NCBI GenBank assembly: GCA_016748015.1
Contig: JAAOMT010000617.1
Span: 938,635 to 1,002,634, forward strand
Source of the DNA: Geosiphon pyriformis uo1
Taxonomy: Eukaryota > Fungi > Glomeromycota
DNA: 64,000 nucleotides
Direction: 5' to 3'
Under the pieces are notes generated by a model. That model had not been told where the DNA came from. It was given only the letters and a program-made list of their open reading frames with translations, and made no database searches. The translations under genes were made by a program, and so were the position numbers. Shown one piece after another: positions 25,301-35,899 of the stretch (the first letter of the stretch is position 1; each line of letters begins with the position of its first letter).

Positions 25301-27942
25301 ACTTAGCAATGGCATTAATTAATGGAGCTACCAAAGAAGATGTTCGTCAAATAAAGGAAGCAGAATACATTGAATACACTATGGAATTAGCTGGATTCAA
25401 TTATGAAGATAAAGTAGAAGTCTATCACCAAATTGCAAGTCACACCTACCTGACCCAAGAAGCTCAAATTCAACGATTAGAGCAAATGAACATTAGGCTA
25501 TGTGAAGAATGCATTATGCCTTGCGATGAACAATGGTGTCCCGAATGCTATGCTCTTAGTATTTCCTTGCCCAGCGAAAATGATGAGAATAAAATTGAAT
25601 TTGGAGAACCTGAAGAAACGGAAGAAATTGAAACAACACCCATCTACCTTATTGAAAATCAGTCTGTCTTACAACTTAAATACTTCAACAACAACGGACA
25701 AGGAATAAAACCTGAAAAAGCACACGAAATTGATGCTGGATATGACCTAAGATATCCAGGCAAGGATACTCTTGTTCTCAAACCCAAATCTCTCACAAAA
25801 ATCAACCTCAAAATTGCACTCGAAATCCTGCCAGAAGCAATGGTTCAAATCACCTCTCGGTCCTCTCTGGCAAGCAAAGGAATCAATGTCAGAGAAGAAA
25901 TAATTGATGCTGGATATACTGGAGACATAACAGTGATGCTTCAAAATGAAACTGACAAACCATTCAAGATCAAACATGCTGAAAAAATTGCCCAAGCTAT
26001 TTACCTACTCTTAATCAACATTTCGGGTTTGCAACTAGTCAATCAAAGAGAACAATTAGGAAAAAGCGATAGAGGAATCCAAGGCTTTGGTTCAACTGGA
26101 CGATTCACAGTTCCAGTTAATATAGCTCTTAACACACAGAACAAATCCCACCAGATTCTCAGACTTCCACAACCGATTACCATCTCACCCTTTGGAGAAC
26201 ATCCAGAAATTTACATTTGCATAAAGCCAACAACCACACAACAAATTTTTGAGTCCAATGAACAAGCCTGCTTGTAACATAATATTTTGATCCCAAACAT
26301 TTATATTCCAGAAGGAACAAAGAAAGTCCGAGTTACTTTTTACAACCCCAATAATTACCCCATAATTTTATTAAATAATTTAGAAATTGGAGTTATTCAC
26401 AGTAATATATTTCAACAAGAATTACCCCAAACAGTCCCCGATTTCTCTGAAATTATTGGACATTCACTACTGAAAATCAACCCAAACCCTAGCTCTGAAA
26501 ACTACCATGTTGTTATGGAAAAACTATCTCGAATCAACATAGGACAACTTGAACTACAACAACAGACCCAGCTCAAAGAACTAATTGCAGAATTTGCTAA
26601 TATTTTCACCGAAAACAACAATGACTTAGGAAGAACTGATTTGGTTCAACACCAAATCTATACAGGAGATGCCAAATCCAGGCGACAACAAGCCTACTGA
26701 GTTGCTCCAGAAAGTCACCAATTTATCTGAGAAGAAGTACAACAGATGCTTAACAATGGGTTTATTCAACTATCAATAAGCCCATGGGCCTCACCTGTGG
26801 TTTTAGTTAAAAAGAAAAATGGAAAGATACGATTTTGTGTTGATTACCGACAACTCAACAGTGTCACCATTGGGGATACCTATCCTCTTCCCCAAATTGA
26901 TGACATGTTGGATGCTCTTGAAAAGTCCAAATACTTTTCAACATTAGATTTAGAGAGTGGATACTGGCAAGTTGCTATGGATTCCAAAGACCGCCCCAAA
27001 ACAGCATTCACCACTCAAGAAGGAAATTACGAGTTCAATGTAATGCCTTTCGGATTATGCAATGCACCAGCAACATTCCAAAGACTCATGGATGTTGTTT
27101 ACAAAGGCCTCCTTTGGAAATCAGTAGTAGTTTATCTTGATGACACTAATGTTTATTTACCATTTTTCGAGCTACATTTAATTCACTTGTGAGAAGTTTT
27201 TCAACAATTATGGAAAGCAGGATTGAAATTGAACATTGAAAAATGCTACTTCGGAAAGACAAGTTTAGCTTTTCTTGGTCACATTGTTAGCAAAGATGGA
27301 ATTAAACCAGACCCCGGAAAAATCAGTACTGTCAAAAACTTCAAGACTCCACGAAATACCACAGAATTAAGAGGATTTATTGGATTAGCATTCTATTACC
27401 AAAAATTCATCAAAAGATTCTCAGAAATTGCAAAACCTCTCAACCAGCTCACTACAAAAAATGTCGAATACAAATGGACAAAAGAACACCAAAATGCCTT
27501 CGAGATACTCAAGGAAAAACTCACAACAGCTCCAATCTTTGCCTACCCAGACTTCAGCAACCAATTCTGGTTAGCAACTGATGCTTTTTATACTGCCTTT
27601 GGTGCCATTCTATCACAGTTAGATGACAATGGAAATGAGCGAGTAATTGCTTATGCTAGTAGAACATTAAAGCCAGCCAAAAAGAACTACCTCGCAACAG
27701 AATTAGAAACCGCAGTAGTAATCTGGGCCTTACATCACTTCAATTTTTACCTCAGATCCAAAGAATTTGATATTATCACTGATAATATTAGACTTAAATG
27801 GCTACAAAACAAAAACACCCAGCTGAACGCAAAACAAACCCGATGGACAGGATTTTTAGCTAATTACCAATACATCATACACCACAAACTAGGAAAACTC
27901 CACACCAACGTTGATTGTCTCTCAAGAATGAGACAAGATTAG
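22324..27942 (+). pseudogene. Element B single-frame gag-pol: capsid, CCHC, protease, Cys-rich domain, dUTPase, RT, RNase H
   Basis: ORF-track fragments at 22324, 23176, 24076, 25156, 26287, 26746 and 27223 share one frame. Motifs CHYCGISGHWKRDC, LILDSES, DAGYDL...SRSS...IDAGYTG...RGIQGFGSTG, YLDD, LATDA. Confidence 0.92.
25670..26103 (+). other. dUTPase domain within element B pol
   Basis: Trimeric dUTPase motifs AGYDL, SRSS, IDAGYTG, KIAQ, RGxxGFGSTG. Confidence 0.9.
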
Positions 27943-27991
27943 AAAACAAAACCAACACCCATTTGAATTAACAGCATCAAAACAACAAACA

Positions 27992-29687
27992 ATGAACCCC
28001 AAAAACTACAACAATCTCAAACAATATCTGGAGACATTAACAATCCCAACAGATTGGTCCCCAGACAAAAAACATTGGTTACAACAACAAGCCAAACAAT
28101 ATTTTCTACACAACAACATTATCTATCATCGAAATTTCAAAAACCCAACCAAACCACTCAGATTAATACAAGAACCAGGAAAAAAAGACCATTTTATACA
28201 ACATGCACTCAGATCCTTCATNNNNNNNNNNNNNNNNNNNNGACAAGATTAGAAAACAAAACCAACACCCATTTGAATTAACAGCATCAAAACAACAAAC
28301 AATGAACCCCAAAAACTACAACAATCTCAAACAATATCTGGAGACATTAACAATCCCAACAGATTGGTCCCCAGACAAAAAACATTGGTTACAACAACAA
28401 GCCAAACAATATTTTCTATACAACAACATTATCTATCATCGAAATTTCAAAAACCCAACCAAACCACTCAGATTAATACAAGAACAGGAAAAAAAGACCA
28501 TTTTATACAACATGCACTCAGATCCTTCATCAGCACACTTCGGAAAAGATAGCACCACCCAAAGAACACTAGAATACTACTTTTGGCCTCAAATGAGAAA
28601 AGACATTCACGAATATGTCGAATCTTGTAATAGTTGTCAAAGAAGAAGAGGAACTCACCCTACAGAACCTTTAAATCCAATCAAAGTTGAACAGCCTTTT
28701 GACAGAGTTGGTATCGATTTAGTTGGACCACTATTTATTACCACTTAAGGAAACCATTATATTGCAGTAGCTGTAGACTATCTTACTAAATGGCCTGAAG
28801 CCAGAGCCATTCAATGAGCAGATGCAAAATCAGTAGCAAATTTTATCTACGAAGACATTATTTGTAGACATAGATGTCCAATTGAACTTTTATCTGATCA
28901 GGGAACACACTTTGTAAACAACCTGATACAAGAAAATTGTGAACGATTCAATGTCAAAAGACCTCTGTCTTCGCCCTACCATCCACAAACAAACAGACTT
29001 GTGGAATGTTTTAACAGAACATTGTGTGAGTCATTAGCCAAAGTCTCAACCGATTTTGAGCAAGAATGAGATCTCTTTATTCCATCAGTGTTATTAGCAT
29101 ATAGGACATTAAAACAAGATACCACGAAACACACACCATTTGATTTAACTTATGGAAGGACAGCAACATTACCAATTAGTTTCACAGTGGAAACATACCC
29201 AGCACAACTGATTGATGAAAACAATTTCCAAGAAACGCTTCAGCAAAGAGCCTACACTCTGCTTAGTACATTGGAAGGAAAATGACAAATAGCAGCCACC
29301 CATATTAAACACTCCCAAGCTCAACAAAAAGAATGGCATGATGACAAATTGCCTTCAGTCACCAATAAATTCAAAATTGGAAACAAAGTTCTCTTATACA
29401 AAACTAAAGCTGAAAAACAATGGAGTGAAAAATTTGAAAATAAATAGGATGGACCATTCTTTATCCATGAAGTCCTAGGCAATGGATCATACAAGCTAAG
29501 ACTTGATGACAAAATCCTAGCAAAAGTTGCACATGGAGATCGTTTGAAACACTATCATTCCAGAAACAATCCTGAACCATTAATTCCACAAATTGGTACA
29601 CATTCTCCTTTGGTCAGTCCTGAAGATATTCCCTGAAACTTAGAACCAATAGTTGTCATTGAACAACCTTCCAACCTGAACACTTAA
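27992..29687 (+). pseudogene. Element B integrase (HHCC + DDE, no chromodomain); includes an assembly duplication at 28242-28529
   Basis: MHSDPSSAHFG...CNSCQ, GIDLVGPL, SDQGTHF, YHPQTN, C-terminal LEPIVVI. Confidence 0.88.
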
Positions 29688-29804
29688 TTTAATTTTACTA
29701 GTCATTCTCTTATAATTTAGAAACAATCTCACAAAAACAAAAACAAAAATAACATAAAAACCCATACACCAAAAATAGTTTTTATTTTTTTTCAATTGCT
29801 TATA

Positions 29805-30524
29805 ATGACTATTCCTTAAAACATTCAACAATTATCCCAAAAACTAATGTTAGCTTTAAAAACAATATCCAAATTATCTATTACTATTACTGAAAACCAC
29901 ATTAATTATATCCAAACAGAAGTAGTTACAAATTTAGTCCCAAACTTACGAAAATATCACCCATATAAAAAGAACACAAGAAGTTATACTGGAATTCACC
30001 TGCCAGAACTTTTAAAGCTTGCTTTAAGAGAAAACCTAATGCTCACTCCAATTAGTATTCCACCAAATGCTACAATTCAACAAAAACTTCAACTGTGTCT
30101 CAATGAGGAAAACACTGAATATTCTCCAATCTATAAATATTTTCACATTAGAAAAACACTCTACGAACGGAAACTGGAACTTACAACAGCAAACCTCACA
30201 AAAGAAGCTATTCAGAAACAACTCCACAATGAATTCAAGACAACAGCTGGATCAACAAACAGTTGCTACAGGCTTAGAGCCGCCCTTAGACTTTATGACC
30301 TATTCCACACCTGTGAAAACGTACTACAAAACCCAATTTTTCAACCTTTGAAGATTCAATACATTGGAAAGCTCACAAAACTGAAATTTCAACAATTTTC
30401 AGACCAAATTTCTTCAATAATTTTGGATTATTATCTGGAAATAACAGACAGTACTTGGACTTCGATGGAGCTCAGTCTTAAGGAGGAGGTTATGTTACCA
30501 GACAAAATTAGAGATATTATTTAG
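29805..30524 (+). CDS. Element B accessory ORF3, unknown function (one CAA->TAA at codon 5; open from 29847)
   Basis: 225-aa open frame between IN and the 3' LTR, ending inside the LTR; homologous by eye to ORF3 of A and C. Confidence 0.7.
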
Positions 30525-31431
30525 CATGAAATTATCTTATAATTCCTATCATTAATTAGCATATATTATCATTTCAAATGATCACTTATTACATTAGCAA
30601 AAATGTCCGAAATTATCATTTAATTAATAACCCAAATTGTACACNNNNNNNNNNNNNNNNNNNNNNNNNNNNNNNNNNNNNNNNNNNNNNNNNNNNNNNN
30701 NNNNNNNNNNNNNNNNNNNNNNNNNNNNNNNNNNNNNNNNNNNNNNNNNNNNNNNNNNNNNNNNNNNNNNNNNNNNNNNNNNNNNNNNNNNNNNNNNTTC
30801 AAGTTCATAGAATAGTGTTACAACAAGTTGTATAAAAGAAGAGCTTCTCTCTTCGAGAAAATGTATCTTACTTTAGATTTATCTCTTAAAACTATTCCTA
30901 TACACACAAAAAGAAATAAATATCAAATAATTCGAAAAACCAAATTCTTTAATTATTGTACTTGGAAAATCCCCAAAACCCAACTAACATTTTGAAATTG
31001 ATTAGCTACCAATTTTAGTAAACTGTTAGTGACTCCAGGCCTGGATAGAAAACGTTCCCTTGATAAGATCCTATTTCTTTTACACTTCTTTTATTTTTCT
31101 TTCTTTTTTTATTACAATCATTAGGGTAGCCTACAGACAAGATTCCTATAGAAGAGTTGACTTTCACAGTAAAGTAACTACACATTTTTTTTAGTGAGCT
31201 TCCAGACGAGCAATTCCTGGGAAAGAGTTGATGTTTACTACAACATAACTACATAAAGCAACTGGCACGGAATTGGCCATTCCACTCATAAGCCCAGCAA
31301 GTTCAAATTATAGGAGATAATTTGAAGATAAATTCAGTTACTGGAGGTTCAACCACATCCAGAAAACGTGAATTCACAGCAAATAAGTATCAACAACATT
31401 ACAGAAAAGAGACCAAAAACCTCCAGTAATA
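30493..31431 (+). repeat. Element B 3' LTR (contains an N gap at 30645-30797)
   Basis: Match to the 5' LTR; terminal CA mutated to TA. Confidence 0.92.
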
Positions 31432-31435
31432 TTAT

Positions 31436-32014
31436 GAACTACACTCTTTTCTTGGTTTGGCCTCTTATTATCGCAAGTTTGTCAAGGATTTCTCCAAAAT
31501 TGCTGCTCCTCTTAATCAGCTACTTAGGAAAAACATCAATTATCACTGGGGCACTCATTAACAAAAAGCATTTGAAATTCTGAAGGAAAAACTGGTTACA
31601 GAACCCATCCTCATGCAACCTAATTTGGATCAACCTTTTATCCTCCACACTGATGCATCTGGCTATGGACTTGGTGCTGTTTTTTTCCAAAAAGACGAAG
31701 ATGGCAGGGAACATGCCATAGCATATGCCAGTAGAACTCTCACACCAGCAGAAAGGAATTACTCAGTCACTGAGCAAGAATGCTTAGCAGTAGTTTGGGC
31801 TACCAGCTACTGGGACAAATATCTTAAGGGTGTGAAATTTTTGGTGATAACAGATCACCAAGCTTTGGTTTGGCTACGCAACAAAAGAAACCTGGAACAT
31901 AAACGGATAACTCTCTGAATACTCCACTTGGACGAATTCGACTATGACATTCAACACCACAAAAGAGCTAATCATCAAAACGCCGACGCTCTCTTCAGAC
32001 TTACCATCCAGTGA
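31436..32014 (+). pseudogene. Element A pol, 3' part: RT connection and RNase H
   Basis: FILHTDASGYGLGAV, IAYASRTL, EQECLAVVW, ITDHQAL, NADAL; ends in TGA TAG TAA. Confidence 0.9.
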
Positions 32015-32079
32015 TAGTAAAACCCTCTCAAACCAAACCAACTTAATTATTTATAACTCCCCCACAAACAAACACGATA

Positions 32080-33387
32080 ATGGACTTGGACAACTACTCT
32101 GCTTTAATGAAATTTTTGGGTAAAAAACAATACCCGCCAGACTATACTCGACAGCAAAGAGAATATTTGTGCAAACAATCAAATTTCTATTTGATTTGCC
32201 AGAACCAGTTATATAAAAGAAATAAAAAAGATCCTGACTGCCCCCAAAGAGTCATTAAATTTGAAGAAAGAAAAATTGTGATCTACAATATGCACACTGA
32301 TCCATTAGCTGGACACTTTGGAAAAACAAAAACAATTCAGAAAACTTTAGCTCACTATTATTGACCTACCTTGGGAAAAGACATTGCTAAATACATTAAA
32401 ACCTGTGATATCTGCCAAAGAAGAGAAAAACCCAATCGCAAGGAAGATATCCATCCAATCTTTGTTGGTCAACCATTTAATAGAATTGGTATAGATGTTG
32501 TTGGACCTTTAACAGTAACTCCTAATGGCAACAGATATATTATCACAGCTACCGACTATCTTACAAAGTGGGTAGAAGCAAGAGCCATCCCAGATCAAAC
32601 AGCAGTCTCAATTGCCAATTTCATTTATGAAGATATTATCTGTTGCTATGGCTCCCCCAAAAAACTTTTATCTGATAGAGGAAGAGCTTTTCTCAGTACA
32701 CTGGTTGAAGAACTTTACAGAAAAATGGGAATATGTCATAAACTCTCTTCCCTTTATTACCCCCAAACAAATGGCCTAATGGAACATTTCAATAGAACAC
32801 TATGTGAAACCCTAGCCAAAACCAGTGAAGAAACCAACCTATGGGACAAAGTATTGCCTTCAGCTTTGTTCGCCTACAGAACTGTGAATTATGACATAAC
32901 AAGTTATGAACTCTTTTATCTGCTCTATAGACAAATGGCAACTCTACCAATAAAAACGGATATAGAAATAATACCTTTTGAAGAAATAACAATAGGAGAT
33001 TACAAGAACATTTTGCAAAGAAGACTTGGTACCATTCTTGACTCATTAGTAAAAGCACAAATAATTGTCTTTGAAAAGATAAAACAGTTCCAAGAGAAGC
33101 TTAAAAAGAAAAAGACTTATAAAACACTTTCCTTAAGTGTTGGTGACTTAGTTTTGGAATACCGTTCAGACAGAAACAATGTCTATAGTAATAAATTCTC
33201 TAGCCAGTGGAAAGGATCCTTTATAGTCAACAAAGTTTTGAATAATGGTTCTTATATCTTACAAGATCAATATGGAACAATATTCAGTAATCACCCTGTT
33301 TATAACACGCGACTCAAGAAATATCACAAACGACCTGATTGGTTACCTGTTGTGGTAATACCGACCCAAATGATCAGCAAAAATTAG
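32080..33387 (+). pseudogene. Element A integrase with its own ATG
   Basis: MHTDPLAGHFG...CDICQ, GIDVVGPL, SDRG, YPQTNG, C-terminal WLPVVVI; one TGG->TGA stop at about 32362. Confidence 0.9.
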
Positions 33388-33434
33388 ATATAAATAAATG
33401 CACCATTCCCAAAACAGAGGTATTTTCAATCAAC

Positions 33435-34091
33435 ATGAACAATTATTTTCTGGATCAAAACATTCAAAATGCTTTCTATACTCTCCATGAGTACTGGATC
33501 AAGAACTATCCAAGTGCTACTCTGACTATTGGAAAACAAACCACTATAACAGACAACAGTGAAACTCACACTGTTATTAGACCAAAGAAAACAACTACCA
33601 GAAGAGAAAAAATTGGTGGCAAAATGGATAAATACCTGCTGGAAAGCATAACAGCAGCAATACTTTCACCTTTCAGCACAATTGGAAAAACAATACAAGA
33701 AATCTTGCCCATAGACAAAAACTTGTCATATAGAAGACAACTAGAACTCTATGGTCGTCTTGGTGAAATCATAGAAGACATGAAGCTCATGAAGAAAACA
33801 ACTTCAGAGATACAAGTGGAAATTTTGGACATTATACAATTAGATGTCCCAAGAGTTTTGACCATTGCTAAAAGAGCCAGAACTCTAATACAAAGATTTG
33901 GTCTCTTGGATACAAAGCTTATTTTGCCTCAAGTACTATATACTCTATCCACAAAAGACTTCAACAAATTAGTTAGTTTTGAGTTAGACAAAACCCTTCA
34001 CATAGACTATCCCATAAATAGTTTGATTTTGCCGAAGCTCAATCTCTTTGGAGAGGATGATGTTATGGTTGAAACACATAGTTTTTATTAA
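33435..34091 (+). CDS. Element A accessory ORF3 (218 aa from ATG 33435), unknown function
   Basis: Intact frame between IN and the 3' LTR, reading through the PPT into the LTR. Confidence 0.7.
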   Translation: MNNYFLDQNIQNAFYTLHEYWIKNYPSATLTIGKQTTITDNSETHTVIRPKKTTTRREKIGGKMDKYLLESITAAILSPFSTIGKTIQEILPIDKNLSYRRQLELYGRLGEIIEDMKLMKKTTSEIQVEILDIIQLDVPRVLTIAKRARTLIQRFGLLDTKLILPQVLYTLSTKDFNKLVSFELDKTLHIDYPINSLILPKLNLFGEDDVMVETHSFY

Positions 34092-34738
34092 TTATCACAT
34101 GTATTAGCCACTGATGTCATATAATTAGCCACCCTATTTTTAGATATTGATCATTGACTTGATCAATGACTTGACCGTTGACCTGATCATTGATCTGATC
34201 ATTGACCTGGTCATTGACCACTTTAGATAGCTATATAAGCAATGATTCTCTTAGCTGTAGAAAGACATGATAAAAGTAACGAAATAAACAATATTAATTA
34301 CTTCCTTTCATAATCGCTTATTCCCCTTTCCTTATCTTCAAGTATCTACTTGTTGGCATTCACATACCTTATCTTTTCCCTTTTTTGATTTGTATTTGTT
34401 AGAATTAGCCTGAGAAGCAATTGGCTTGCTCTTGTAATTTATTGAATAAAGAAACAATTGAAAAGTACAACGATATCTGTTATTGATTCTAAGAATTGCC
34501 GAGTTGAGGCATAGAATAATAGCAGTGGTGTTATCTTGTTGACAATCATGGACTATTCCTCTACTTTCAGATTTAAGAAAAGATTAGTGACTGTGATTTT
34601 TATGAAACTAATCACACACATTGAATTCCTACTTATTCAATTCGCTCCCTTATTGTAATTCCTTCTTTGTTTATTTCCATCACCATACAATACTGTTCTC
34701 CCTTGCTATCCATTAGCTTGTTACTCCAACCCGTAACA
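34061..34738 (+). repeat. Element A 3' LTR (678 bp)
   Basis: Match to the 5' LTR with one fewer 12-bp unit; preceded by PPT GGAGAGGATGA. Confidence 0.95.
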
Positions 34739-35830
34739 ATACCACAACACAGCGTGTTCTGTTGCCAGTCTCCAATGAACAATTGATGACACAAGTTTTC
34801 CCACTGGTCCCTTCCAATAGATTCCCAAAATCATGAGCTGTCATTCCCACTGGCAAAGTAAACAAAAGTGCCCTGAATTGATCCCTAAAAGCCCATGTCT
34901 CACAATCTCTCACAGTCTTGACCACATGCACAGAATTTTTCCCAACTAGGAAAGACCATTTTGATGCCAACAGATCAGCCTGGCTAGATTTGGCAAACTC
35001 CACCACAGCCTTCTGCCACAGCCCAATTAACTGAACTTTGATAGACACAATCTGACCATACTCGGATACTGCGGTGATGATTATTTCTTTTGGCATATCC
35101 ATAGGAATTTTCTTGATTACTACAGTCTGATCCGAGCAAATTCCTTGTCTCTTAAGATCGCTGTTTACTATGATGTTATTTTCCTTGGCCAATGATGCGG
35201 CCTTTTCCAAGCTCTCTGATAAAGTAAACATTGATCTGATGATCCTTTCAAATTTTGAGGGGGTAGTGGCCCCCCCAAAACCGTTGATTTTTGAAAACAA
35301 TTTCCTGATCAATTGAGTTTTTACAGTCGCCGATTTGCCTTCCATAGCTGAGAGATTAATATCTAATGCAAAGGACTTCCTAACAGCGACTTCCACTTGA
35401 GATTTAACAATTTTGGGATCCAACCACATTTTTTTTAAAGGAATACCAAGAGGAGGGGGGAGAGAACCGCCATCATCATCATTTACGTTGTAATCTAATG
35501 AACCAAGAGGGGAGCTGCAATCCAAATTATTCTTAACTCTCTTTGCCTTAGGAGTTGTTGCAGCTGAGCCAAAAAGAGATCCATCATCACCACCAGCCAA
35601 GATGCTACCAGCAACACTGTTACCAGAATCACTTTTCATATTCGAGTATTGACTCCCACCAGAATGAGGTTTGGCCAAAACAGCTTTGTTTTTATCACCA
35701 AACTGATTCATATGATGAAGGGAAACTCTTTTTTTTTGAGAGAAGGGACCACCAACAGAACCAGAAGAAGCACCAACAGGAGCTTTCTTATTCGACATAC
35801 TACTGCCAGAAGCAGCTTCCAAGTCCACAA
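34739..35830 (-). pseudogene. LINE-1 ORF1, N-terminal part (disordered N-terminus, RRM-like repeats)
   Basis: VIKKIPMDMPKEIIITAVSEYGQIVSIKVQLIGLWQKAVVEF and LFTLPVGMTAHD; homologous to 55018-56859. Confidence 0.85.
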
Positions 35831-35899
35831 TAAAAGGATTATTTGTAAGAAAAATGTTGAGATACAGCAAGTGAAAAACAAAAAAAACTACTTTCAAAA

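Larger units (their letters stand above)
21297..31431 (+). mobile_element. Ty3/gypsy LTR retrotransposon B with dUTPase, nested in the pol of element A
   Basis: LTRs at 21297-22278 and 30493-31431; TSD TCAT/TTAT. Removing B restores A pol as RQPMNVH|ELHSFLGLASYYRKF. PBS TGGTGCTCTC at 22281; PPT AAGGAGGAGG at about 30480. Confidence 0.95.
16899..34738 (+). mobile_element. Ty3/gypsy LTR retrotransposon A (gag, -1 frameshift, PR-RT-RH, IN, ORF3); contains nested element B
   Basis: TG...CA LTRs at 16899-17588 and 34061-34738; 4-bp TSD ATAC (16895-16898 and 34739-34742); PBS; PPT; domain order PR-RT-RH-IN. Confidence 0.95.
11260..35899 (-). mobile_element. LINE-1: near-full-length non-LTR retrotransposon (ORF1 + EN-RT-RNase H-Zn finger ORF2), split by LTR element A at 16899-34738
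   Basis: Poly(A) tail at 11260-11279. ORF1 rejoins across the insertion as RTRCVVV|CFESDEAM. 5' end at about 35899. Confidence 0.92.

Noticed and set aside
27932-28529. Apparent ~290-bp tandem duplication at the start of element B integrase
   Set aside because: Near-identical copies lie on either side of an N gap of about 20 nt (from 28222); typical unmerged contig overlap
33435-34091. ORF3 as a retroviral env
   Set aside because: No signal peptide, furin site or transmembrane helix visible in A, B or C
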